Assembly: GCA_024673055.1 (NCBI GenBank)
Contig: GCA_024673055.1_4537.1
Strand: one strand, 5' to 3'
Length of the DNA: 64,000 bases
DNA from: a phage
The notes under the pieces were generated by a model. That model did no database searches and was not told the origin of the DNA. It saw only the letters and a program-made list of their open reading frames with translations. Both the position numbers and the translations under genes were made by a program. Shown here in pieces: positions 56,534-64,000 of the stretch (the first letter of the stretch is position 1; the number at the start of each line of letters is the position of its first letter).

Positions 56534-56677
56534 ATGCATCATTCGGTTTGGTCGGAACAAGAAGAGGACGAAGGTTACTTTATCTACCGAGAAGAAGAGG
56601 ATTGGCCCGACACAAGTAATGATCTTTTACTTCCAGACACTAGTTTTTTCGAGGATAACTTAAGAGAGGAGGATTAG
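56534..56677 (+). CDS. Hypothetical small highly acidic protein (47 aa)
   Basis: Not in the track (below 60 aa); RBS AAGGAGAAAAC; about 40% Asp/Glu. Confidence 0.35.
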   Translation: MHHSVWSEQEEDEGYFIYREEEDWPDTSNDLLLPDTSFFEDNLREED

Positions 56678-56683
56678 GAAACA

Positions 56684-57040
56684 ATGAGTGGTATTGAAAA
56701 CAACATTTGTTACCAACCTCTTACCTGGATTGGTGAGGGTCATTATGCGCAACGTGTTATCGTCTGTGCTGCGAATAAGTATATTTTGAATAATGGTGAA
56801 GAGTTAATTATTCCTTGTGTTCGACATGCAAATCCTGTACTATATGCACAGTTAAGCGTGTTGAAAGAAGCAGGTGTAATCAACAAAACTTTGTGCACAC
56901 CAGATAATCAAGGCTTTATCGATCAGTATTACAATTGGTGGAGTCGTGCGGATGCTTACATCATCGCGGAAAATGCTGACCAGATCGACCATGAGCGTAA
57001 TGGTCACGACCATGAATTATTTAGCGAGGGATTATACTAA
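56684..57040 (+). CDS. Hypothetical protein
   Basis: 118 aa ORF immediately upstream of the RNA repair cassette. Confidence 0.5.
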   Translation: MSGIENNICYQPLTWIGEGHYAQRVIVCAANKYILNNGEELIIPCVRHANPVLYAQLSVLKEAGVINKTLCTPDNQGFIDQYYNWWSRADAYIIAENADQIDHERNGHDHELFSEGLY

Positions 57041-57591
57041 TGTTTATTACAAGCGATTTGCATTTTATGCATAAACGTATTCGAGAGTTTGCTCCTGAAT
57101 ATCGTCCGTGGGAAGATATGGACCACATGACAGAAGCCTTGATCGAAGCATGGAACAAATGTGCTACTACTCCTGGTGTTAAGATGTGGCATTTGGGCGA
57201 CTTCTGTTTCGGAACTGAAGAAGATACCCGTAAAATTGCTTCCCGTCTCCAAGGAGATATCACCTACTGTGTTGGGAACCATGACTACAGCAAACACCGA
57301 GAAGTGCTTGCAGAGTATGGAGAAGTGGTGTATTATGACGAAGTGAAATATCAGAAGCTGTTCTTCGTCTTAAGCCATTACCCTATGGCCTCCTGGAATA
57401 AACAAGGTCGTGGATCAATCATGCTACACGGGCATTCCCACGGATCTTTCCCTGATGAAGCTTATGGTAAAATGTTAGATGTGGGTTGGGATGCACACGG
57501 AAAAATCTTGCATTTTGATGAGATAATTTCTATGATGAGTAAACGAGATATCGTGACTGTAGACCATCACAAAATAATCAAAGGAGAATAA
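57040..57591 (+). CDS. Calcineurin-like metallophosphoesterase (candidate RNA 3'-end healing phosphatase)
   Basis: Motifs DxH (TSDLHF), GD (HLGDFCFG), GNHD (CVGNHDYS) and GHxH (LHGHSHG) in canonical order. Confidence 0.7.
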   Translation: MFITSDLHFMHKRIREFAPEYRPWEDMDHMTEALIEAWNKCATTPGVKMWHLGDFCFGTEEDTRKIASRLQGDITYCVGNHDYSKHREVLAEYGEVVYYDEVKYQKLFFVLSHYPMASWNKQGRGSIMLHGHSHGSFPDEAYGKMLDVGWDAHGKILHFDEIISMMSKRDIVTVDHHKIIKGE

Positions 57592-57592
57592 T

Positions 57593-58525
57593 GTGGCTAA
57601 ATTTAATTGCGACGATTTGGTTGAAAAAGGTTTAGTTCATAAGAAAACATATAAAGAAGGAGAGTATTCTGGTCTATCTGTTCTTAAGTATAAGAACAAA
57701 GTTTTCTGGGATAACTTATGGAGCATTGATTCTCGTCTTCTAGAATGTCGCGGAATCGTTGTTGATGCTGATGACAATGTTGTTATTTGGCCTTTCACTA
57801 AGATTTTTAATCGTTTTGAGAATGGCACAGATCTACCAGCGGATGAACTTGTAGATGTGGTTCGTAAAGTAAATGGTTTTATGGCCTCTGTAGGTGTATA
57901 TAAAGGTCAACTTATTGTATCGACAACAGGAAGCCTTGAATCAGATTTTGCAAGTATTGCAAAGAATCATATTGTTTCAGAGTGTGATGACATAGAACAT
58001 TTCATCAAATGGACAGAGAGTGCAAAAGCAACTTTCCTTTTTGAAATCTGTGATCCTTCTGATCCGCATATTGTCGAAGAAGAACCAGGTGCATACTTAA
58101 TTGGTGCCAGAATTCAAAATCCTGATGGGACAAGTTTTATGTTACCTGAAGGTGCTCTTGATGGAATTGCTTCTGTCACCAAATTTAAGCGTCCTGAAGT
58201 TCATCCAATGGTTAAGTTTTCAGATGTTGTTGAAATGTCTAAACATTGTAAACACGAAGGGTTTGTAGTTCGTGAAACAAACTATCCGTTCAACTTACTT
58301 TTAAAAATTAAATCACCACACTATCTTACTAAGAAGTTTCTTATGCGCGGTGGAGATAAAAAGTGGGATCTGATTTGGGATAATCCAAAAAATGCCAAAC
58401 AAATGGTTGACGAAGAATATTACGCTTTGTTAGAATGGATTCGAAATAATTTTACGAAGATTCAATGGGCTGCTTTAAATCAGCAAGAGCGACGTGAAAA
58501 AATCGAAAACTTTTTTGGAGGATAA
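57593..58525 (+). CDS. Putative RNA ligase (covalent nucleotidyltransferase superfamily)
   Basis: Motif I-like KVNG (VRKVNGFMASV), motif IV EGFVVR, motif V LLKIKSPHY; flanked by phosphoesterase and polynucleotide kinase genes. Confidence 0.6.
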   Translation: MAKFNCDDLVEKGLVHKKTYKEGEYSGLSVLKYKNKVFWDNLWSIDSRLLECRGIVVDADDNVVIWPFTKIFNRFENGTDLPADELVDVVRKVNGFMASVGVYKGQLIVSTTGSLESDFASIAKNHIVSECDDIEHFIKWTESAKATFLFEICDPSDPHIVEEEPGAYLIGARIQNPDGTSFMLPEGALDGIASVTKFKRPEVHPMVKFSDVVEMSKHCKHEGFVVRETNYPFNLLLKIKSPHYLTKKFLMRGGDKKWDLIWDNPKNAKQMVDEEYYALLEWIRNNFTKIQWAALNQQERREKIENFFGG

Positions 58526-58930
58526 ATGAAACAACTTATCATTTTACGTGGTGTTTCAGGTGCTGGTAAATCTACAGTAGCAGAAATTATTTCTGAAGGT
58601 TATTGGCCTATCTGTGAGGCAGATCAATATCATTACACAGAGAGTGGTGTTTACGATTGGAAGCCAGAAAATGTAGGTAAAGCACACGCATGGTGTCAGG
58701 GTATTGTTCGTGATGCTATGGCATCTAATCTTAACAAGATTATTGTTTCTAATACTTCAACCACAGAGAAAGAACTTAAACCTTATCTAGCTCTTGCTGA
58801 AGAGTTTGGTTATCAAGTTATCTCTTTAGTTGTTGAAAATAGGCACGGTAATGATTCAATTCACGAGGTTCCACAATATATCCGTGATCAGCAAGAGAAA
58901 CGTCTTCGTGGTTCACTTAAACTTCAATAA
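58526..58930 (+). CDS. Polynucleotide 5'-kinase (T4 Pnk kinase-domain-like)
   Basis: P-loop LIILRGVSGAGKST; overall pattern parallels the T4 Pnk kinase domain (IIVSNTST; LAEEFGYQV). Confidence 0.7.
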   Translation: MKQLIILRGVSGAGKSTVAEIISEGYWPICEADQYHYTESGVYDWKPENVGKAHAWCQGIVRDAMASNLNKIIVSNTSTTEKELKPYLALAEEFGYQVISLVVENRHGNDSIHEVPQYIRDQQEKRLRGSLKLQ

Positions 58931-58939
58931 GGAGAAATA

Positions 58940-59266
58940 ATGCAGATTTATACAGATGATCGTAAATATGAGACAATTTTAGATGAAGATACTGGACGAA
59001 TTACCGTTCTCCGTCACGGTGAAGAGTGGCGTGATGAAACGGGAGACAATTATATCTTGTCTCTGATTCATCTTATTGAACAAATGCGTGATGATTACGC
59101 TGAACTGCATTATGAAAATGAGGCTAATAAAGTAAAATTTGAAAATGAATTAGAAGAGAAAGAATCCGAAATGGTATATCTAAAAGAAGAGATCTCCCGT
59201 TTGGAGGAAGAGATTGATGCTCTTCAAGAAGAGATTTACGAACTCAACAACGAACTTAACGCTTAA
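58940..59266 (+). CDS. Hypothetical coiled-coil protein
   Basis: 108 aa; C-terminal heptad-like region (YLKEEISRLEEEIDALQEEIYELNNEL). Confidence 0.5.
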   Translation: MQIYTDDRKYETILDEDTGRITVLRHGEEWRDETGDNYILSLIHLIEQMRDDYAELHYENEANKVKFENELEEKESEMVYLKEEISRLEEEIDALQEEIYELNNELNA

Positions 59267-59275
59267 GGAGGGATT

Positions 59276-59467
59276 ATGAAAAAAGATATCGTTGTTGTTG
59301 GTTGGCTGACTTGCCCTTGTGGTAGTAATGACATAACTGTAAACACAGAGGGTGATAAAAATTATTTATTCTACGGGGATAAAATCACTTGCAATACCTG
59401 CGGACGTGTTGGTATTATAGAAACCGATGATTGTTGTGCTTTTGAATCTTGGGATGAAGAAGAATGA
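59276..59467 (+). CDS. Hypothetical zinc-ribbon protein
   Basis: 63 aa with CPCG...CNTCG Cys pairs. Confidence 0.45.
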   Translation: MKKDIVVVGWLTCPCGSNDITVNTEGDKNYLFYGDKITCNTCGRVGIIETDDCCAFESWDEEE

Positions 59468-59685
59468 GTACTGCATTTTATGTTCGTAGCGGAGACGAGG
59501 ATTTTTTAGCTACTTTTGATGACGGTGATCTTGAAGATATGTATGAAGATATGCTTGACTATGCCAAAGGGCAAGGTTTCACAAGCATTGATTACATGTT
59601 GGCAACATCTACAACGTTACTCGACGCAGATTTGGATGAAGTGTGTAACAGATTGAAAATTTCAGTTTTTAAATGGGAGGACTAA
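59464..59685 (+). CDS. Hypothetical acidic protein
   Basis: 73 aa, Asp/Glu-rich. Confidence 0.45.
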   Translation: MSTAFYVRSGDEDFLATFDDGDLEDMYEDMLDYAKGQGFTSIDYMLATSTTLLDADLDEVCNRLKISVFKWED

Positions 59686-60800
59686 TGCAACAAACAAATC
59701 AAACGCTGTATGGTAAAGATTCAAAAGGAAAACTTAAACAGTGGACAGTGTATACAGATGGTGCAGTTGTTACTGTAGCTCATGGAAGAGTAGGTGGAAA
59801 AATCACAGAAAAATCTTATACAGCAGAAGCAAAAAACATTGGTCGCTCCAATGAAACAACACCGGAAGAACAAGCTGAACTTGAAGCTTTTGCCAAATGG
59901 ACAAAACAGTTAAAGAATGGTTATTATAAAACAAAAGAAGAAGCTGAAAACCATGTTCCTTCCACACCAATGAAATGCCAGGATTATAAAGATTATCCTG
60001 AAAGGGTTGTGTTCCCTGGTTATGCACAATACAAACTGAACGGGTTACGTTCTATGATTAACATGAAAGGAGAGTGTTTATCAAAAGCTGGGGAAGTGTA
60101 TAACCTGCCACCTCATTGGAAAGGTATTCCAAACTTTATTAGTGAAGTTGTTGGTCATCCTCTTGATGGTGAAGTGTTTGCTGGGTTAGGTGTCCTTAGT
60201 CTGCAACAAATTAACAGCGCCTGGAAGAAGCATAATGCAAATACACCTTTGCTGAATTATTACGTATACGATATTCCAGTTCCAGATCTACCGTTTGAAA
60301 AACGTGTTGATGTTCTTGCTGCTCTTAAGGCAGTAGTTGAAGATTATGGTCTTAATGAGCTTATTTGTGTAGTTCATACAGAGTATATTGAAAACCAAGA
60401 ACAGTTTGATGCTTTCTATGAAAAAGCTTTACTTGAGAAAGCTGAAGGTGTAGTATATCGTAATGCTCACGGAGTTTACGAATTTGATAAACGTTCTTAT
60501 GACGTTATTAAACGTAAGCCTCGCCATACCCTTGAAGTTAAAGTAACAAATTCAAAAAGTGATAAAAATGGCGATGGAGTGTTGACAGGTGAGATGGAAA
60601 ATGGTAAAGTAGTCGAATTCTTAATGCGTAAAGATGCTCATGAGACTATCAATTATCGTAAAGCAGAGAATGCTTCTACCTTGATTAATCAGTTTGTTGA
60701 AATAGAGTATGAAGAATTTTCAGATGAAGGTATTCCAACAAAACCTGTTGGTGTTCGTATTCGAGAAATGATCCCAGGCACTTGGGAACCAGCAGAATAA
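59685..60800 (+). CDS. ATP-dependent DNA ligase
   Basis: Motif I KLNGLR, motif III PLDGEVFAG, motif IIIa YVYDI, motif IV EGVVYR, motif V VIKRKP; ATG at 59685 after GGGAGGA. Confidence 0.75.
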   Translation: MQQTNQTLYGKDSKGKLKQWTVYTDGAVVTVAHGRVGGKITEKSYTAEAKNIGRSNETTPEEQAELEAFAKWTKQLKNGYYKTKEEAENHVPSTPMKCQDYKDYPERVVFPGYAQYKLNGLRSMINMKGECLSKAGEVYNLPPHWKGIPNFISEVVGHPLDGEVFAGLGVLSLQQINSAWKKHNANTPLLNYYVYDIPVPDLPFEKRVDVLAALKAVVEDYGLNELICVVHTEYIENQEQFDAFYEKALLEKAEGVVYRNAHGVYEFDKRSYDVIKRKPRHTLEVKVTNSKSDKNGDGVLTGEMENGKVVEFLMRKDAHETINYRKAENASTLINQFVEIEYEEFSDEGIPTKPVGVRIREMIPGTWEPAE

Positions 60801-60809
60801 GGAGGAAAA

Positions 60810-61004
60810 ATGTTCTTAGCCATTTTAATCGTTTTCAGTGTGCTTTCTTTTTATTGTATGAATGCTTCGGAAAGCTTTCCTAAGAATTCAAAGAAAAGAA
60901 CCGTATGTATTGCGATTGATTCATGTATGTCTGGAGTTGGGTATGCGGTAGTTTCTTGTTTCTTAGCTTATCATTGTGCAAAATACCTGGAGGCATTTTT
61001 ATGA
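60810..61004 (+). CDS. Hypothetical small membrane protein
   Basis: 64 aa; N-terminal hydrophobic helix (FLAILIVFSVLSFY). Confidence 0.4.
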   Translation: MFLAILIVFSVLSFYCMNASESFPKNSKKRTVCIAIDSCMSGVGYAVVSCFLAYHCAKYLEAFL

Positions 61005-61183
61005 TAATTTTAGCAACAATTCTTATGATGTTGATAGCCATTGCTATTGTAATTCTGGCATCTTTTCCGGCGGATAAATGGTATTTCAATATTCCACGTA
61101 TGCTTGTTTTCGGTTTCGCAGGAATTTACATGGGTGAGACTGTAGTAAATATTAGCAACTTTCTAGAAAGCTATTTTAAATAA
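61001..61183 (+). CDS. Hypothetical small membrane protein (two TM helices)
   Basis: ATG at 61001 after CCTGGAGG; hydrophobic segments IILATILMMLIAIAIVILA and LVFGFAGIYMG. Confidence 0.4.
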   Translation: MIILATILMMLIAIAIVILASFPADKWYFNIPRMLVFGFAGIYMGETVVNISNFLESYFK

Positions 61184-61192
61184 GGAGTTATA

Positions 61193-61918
61193 ATGATCGA
61201 GAATTTTTTTAAAGATATTAAATTCGATACTGAATTTTTCAAAAATGCAGCAAAGCACGTAATTGATTGGAATGCCAAAGCACGAGGTGGTGAACAACCT
61301 GAATTCACTCAAGAGTTATTTATGTCCCAAATCGGGTTCGTTCGTGAAGAGCTTAAAGAGTATGAAACAGCCGCGAAAGTAAACGATCATGTAGAACTCT
61401 TGGATGCAGCAGCGGATATTTTTGTAGTATCTAGTTATCTTACTTACATGTTCTTTGGTGAAGAACATACGCTGAATTTCTTGGACTATGCTGTAGGCGA
61501 TGTTTTTACTCCAACTGTGTATACCGATTTCGATGCTTTGGAACAAACATTTACAGAGCCAGTTCAAATGGCGCTAATGGCTGCTGGTATTATGCGTATG
61601 TCTCGTGACACTCTGATCCGTTCAAAATATCCAGAAAAGAAAGTTATTAAAGAGGTATTGAAAAGTAATGATTCCAAGTATCCAACTAAACAACAGTTGC
61701 TGAAAACTTGGAAAACTTCAGATATCGATTCAGCCATTGCACAAGAATGCGCTGCAATTGAAGAACGAAATGCCAATCGTCCAGAAGGGGCATACACTGG
61801 TGTTCATGCCGTTTATAATGAAAAACAGAAAGTGTATGTGTTCTTTGATGATAAAGGTAAGATCATGAAGTGGTCAGGTTTCATTAAACCTAATATCGCA
61901 GGTATTATTAACAAGTAA
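61193..61918 (+). CDS. Hypothetical protein, possibly MazG-like NTP pyrophosphohydrolase
   Basis: Glu-rich helical motif (VREELKEYETAAKVNDHVELLDAAADIF) resembling the MazG EExxE...D core. Weak inference. Confidence 0.35.
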   Translation: MIENFFKDIKFDTEFFKNAAKHVIDWNAKARGGEQPEFTQELFMSQIGFVREELKEYETAAKVNDHVELLDAAADIFVVSSYLTYMFFGEEHTLNFLDYAVGDVFTPTVYTDFDALEQTFTEPVQMALMAAGIMRMSRDTLIRSKYPEKKVIKEVLKSNDSKYPTKQQLLKTWKTSDIDSAIAQECAAIEERNANRPEGAYTGVHAVYNEKQKVYVFFDDKGKIMKWSGFIKPNIAGIINK

Positions 61919-61974
61919 TGTTGTAAGCAGCCCTTTACGGGCGGTAATGTGAGATGTATTAAATAGGAGGAAAC

Positions 61975-62853
61975 ATGTTTGTAAAATCTTTTAAATCTGC
62001 TCTGCCTATGGTTGTTGGTGACGATGCTTCTGTAGCATCCCTTAACAGCATTACAGATATTCCTCTGGAATTTGTAACAGCAGAAGGCTCCCAGTCACAC
62101 ACTATCGGTCTTGTTCGTTTCGAAGATGACTCTAAATTTGTAAAAGAGTTTTCAGATCTTGAACTGCTTAATGTAGGTCAATCTGTGAAGAAGGTAGATA
62201 AAAAGAAAGTTAAACGTATTCTGAATGAACGTCTAGAAGAAATGCGTCAGGACATGGAGAGCGAAGGTAAAGAGTTTTATGTCGATAAAGAAGTAGTCAA
62301 AGCAATGAAGGAAGATATTGAATTTGCACTATTGCCTGAAACAGAACCTGAAGATTTCTTTAACTATGTTGTCTTGGATAAAACTACGAATCTTCTTTAT
62401 GTTCTTAATGGAAGTAAAAAGGTCGCAGAAGAGATTACTTCTTTCCTCCGTTCCGTTCTGGGGACTTTCCCTTCGGTAGGTTTTAGTGTGCACGAAGAAG
62501 CTATTGTAAAAGGTTTTGGTGAATTGCTGGAGAATCATGAAGCAGATCGTATTACTCTCGGAAATTATATCAAAATGGAGGATAGCGAGGGCGTTGTTGT
62601 TTGGAGTAAAGAATCCCTATACGAGTCTAAAGCTGTCGAACTAAAAGAGGATGGTAAAGATGTGGTTGCAATCGGTCTTGAATATGACGGTGTTGTAGAT
62701 TTTGTAGTGGATAAAGAGTTTAAACTTTCTAAACTACGTTTTCCGAAATATTTTGCAGACGAAGAAGGTAGTATTGAAGCTTCAGTCCTTCTGTGCTTCA
62801 ATGAGATTCGAGGTCTGATGGAAGATTTAACCAAAGCAACAATCCTTAAATAA
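61975..62853 (+). CDS. Hypothetical protein
   Basis: 292 aa ORF after an AGGAGGAAAC RBS. Confidence 0.5.
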   Translation: MFVKSFKSALPMVVGDDASVASLNSITDIPLEFVTAEGSQSHTIGLVRFEDDSKFVKEFSDLELLNVGQSVKKVDKKKVKRILNERLEEMRQDMESEGKEFYVDKEVVKAMKEDIEFALLPETEPEDFFNYVVLDKTTNLLYVLNGSKKVAEEITSFLRSVLGTFPSVGFSVHEEAIVKGFGELLENHEADRITLGNYIKMEDSEGVVVWSKESLYESKAVELKEDGKDVVAIGLEYDGVVDFVVDKEFKLSKLRFPKYFADEEGSIEASVLLCFNEIRGLMEDLTKATILK

Positions 62854-62857
62854 GTTC

Positions 62858-62886
62858 TTGACTTGCGGGATTAGTTATGATATTAT
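62858..62886 (+). promoter_or_regulatory. Sigma70-like promoter
   Basis: TTGACT, 17 bp, TATTAT. Confidence 0.55.
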
Positions 62887-62915
62887 GCCTACCTACTTAA
62901 TGAGGTAGGCTTTTT
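62887..62915 (+). promoter_or_regulatory. 5'-terminal stem-loop in leader (stabiliser or attenuator candidate)
   Basis: GCCTACCTAC-TTAATGA-GGTAGGC followed by TTTTT, lying between the -10 box and the AGGAGG RBS. Confidence 0.4.
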
Positions 62916-62925
62916 AGGAGGCGTT

Positions 62926-63135
62926 ATGAAAAAGATTCTGACAGTCGTTCTTTTAGCTTTTAGTTTCACAGTAGCAGCAGGTCAAATTACTTTAATCTTG
63001 TCTGATTCTGAAGTTAATGGCAACACAAAATATTGCTACTATTCTAACGCTAACCAAGATGAAGTTATAGCAATCCCGAAAAGTCGTCAATGTCCGTATA
63101 CTAAAACATTCTCAACAGAGGATGACGATGAATAA
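62926..63135 (+). CDS. Hypothetical secreted small protein
   Basis: 69 aa with N-terminal signal-peptide-like segment (MKKILTVVLLAFSFTVAAGQ). Confidence 0.5.
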   Translation: MKKILTVVLLAFSFTVAAGQITLILSDSEVNGNTKYCYYSNANQDEVIAIPKSRQCPYTKTFSTEDDDE

Positions 63136-63147
63136 TTAGGGGGAAAT

Positions 63148-64000
63148 ATTAGCGGTTATATTTTAATTAAACCTGAAGATCTTCATTTATATGTCAACGA
63201 AGAAACAATAGCTGCAATTGATTATGATCAGATCGCTTTCCAAGCAGCGTCTGCATTAGAGAAAAGAACAATCATTGCGAAGCACATCCCTTCAGGTGCT
63301 CAAAAGGAATTTAAAAATAAGACAGAGTTTTGGGGTAAAAGTAAGACTAAAATTGGAGGTTGGCTAGGAGATACAAATGCAGAAAGAGCCTCCAAAAACA
63401 AACGTCCCTTCACAAAGGAAGAGTTCGAAATTATTGATAAGCAATACCCGCCAGAAGATATCGGACACACCTTCCAAGCAGCTAAAACAAAAGTCTTAGG
63501 TATTCTAAAACATCTACGTTTAGAAAAATATTGCGGAGTTATTGGCGTAGGAAAAACTTTCAGACACGCCTTCAAAATGCCTGTAGAATATAAGTCTGAA
63601 CGATTAGATATCAAACCACTTCAGCTTTCAGAAACCAAAGATTATCTTGTGGAGTTCCACAATGGTGATGTTGTTACTGTAATAGAGGCTGACGATGAGT
63701 TAGAGAAGTATGGTTTCCAAGGTTATAAAGATTATAAAAGGACGGGTAAATTTTCTTATATCGTAGTGTCTATAGATAAAGATAGTTTACATACTCCTAG
63801 TATCCTTTTTAATTTCTACAAAGAGGATGGAGTATTTAAAAATCCAGATATAATTCTTATTGACGAGTCTATTGGCGACATATGGATCGTAGATAAAGGT
63901 AAAAAGAAAGAAGTTAAAGGTTGGGGAAGTTATTGGTTAGCCTATCAGATGCTAATGGGAGATAAAACAGATAGTATCCGACCTTATCAAGATTTTGATA
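63148..64000 (+). CDS. 5'-3' exonuclease / flap endonuclease (T4 RNase H-like), 3' end outside window; apparent non-ATG start
   Basis: Open frame from the upstream in-frame stop (63133-63135) to the window end, not in the track because it has no stop. Motifs parallel T4 RNase H (IAAIDYDQIAF; IEADDE; SIDKD; MGDKTDSI). Nearest plausible start is ATT at 63148 after GGGGGA. Confidence 0.55.
   Translation, partial: MSGYILIKPEDLHLYVNEETIAAIDYDQIAFQAASALEKRTIIAKHIPSGAQKEFKNKTEFWGKSKTKIGGWLGDTNAERASKNKRPFTKEEFEIIDKQYPPEDIGHTFQAAKTKVLGILKHLRLEKYCGVIGVGKTFRHAFKMPVEYKSERLDIKPLQLSETKDYLVEFHNGDVVTVIEADDELEKYGFQGYKDYKRTGKFSYIVVSIDKDSLHTPSILFNFYKEDGVFKNPDIILIDESIGDIWIVDKGKKKEVKGWGSYWLAYQMLMGDKTDSIRPYQDFD

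Noticed and set aside
63300-63614. 104 aa minus-strand ORF near the window end
   Set aside because: It lies antisense inside the FEN/RNase H-like reading frame, which has clear family motifs, and it has no RBS.

Overview
The window is a gene-dense tailed dsDNA phage genome segment (about 40% GC, myovirus-like tail module); no integrase or attachment site was seen. A plus-strand early/replication block runs off both window edges (53885->64000 and 1->10600) and a minus-strand late block runs 53403->10665, with a bidirectional terminator at the convergence (~10641-10670). Plus strand: two tandem paralogous glycosyltransferase-like genes, a T7 gp4-like primase-helicase, a DNA methyltransferase, a family-A DNA polymerase interrupted by a LAGLIDADG intein, a GGAVRD nucleotidyltransferase, an SSB-like protein, many small early ORFs, a three-gene RNA healing-and-sealing cassette (metallophosphoesterase, RNA ligase, polynucleotide kinase), an ATP-dependent DNA ligase, a MazG-like protein and a FEN/RNase H-like exonuclease. 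Minus strand: a cluster of about 12 canonical tRNAs plus two aberrant tRNA-like elements driven by sigma70-like promoters, overlapping spanin genes, a large terminase with a mini-intein in its P-loop, portal, scaffold, decoration and lambda gpE-like capsid genes, sheath/tube/chaperone (with a -1 frameshift)/tape-measure/baseplate genes, and an unusually large set of seven fibre/spike/depolymerase-like proteins. Everything is inferred from motifs read by eye; no searches were run, and regulatory/tRNA coordinates may be off by 1-2 nt.
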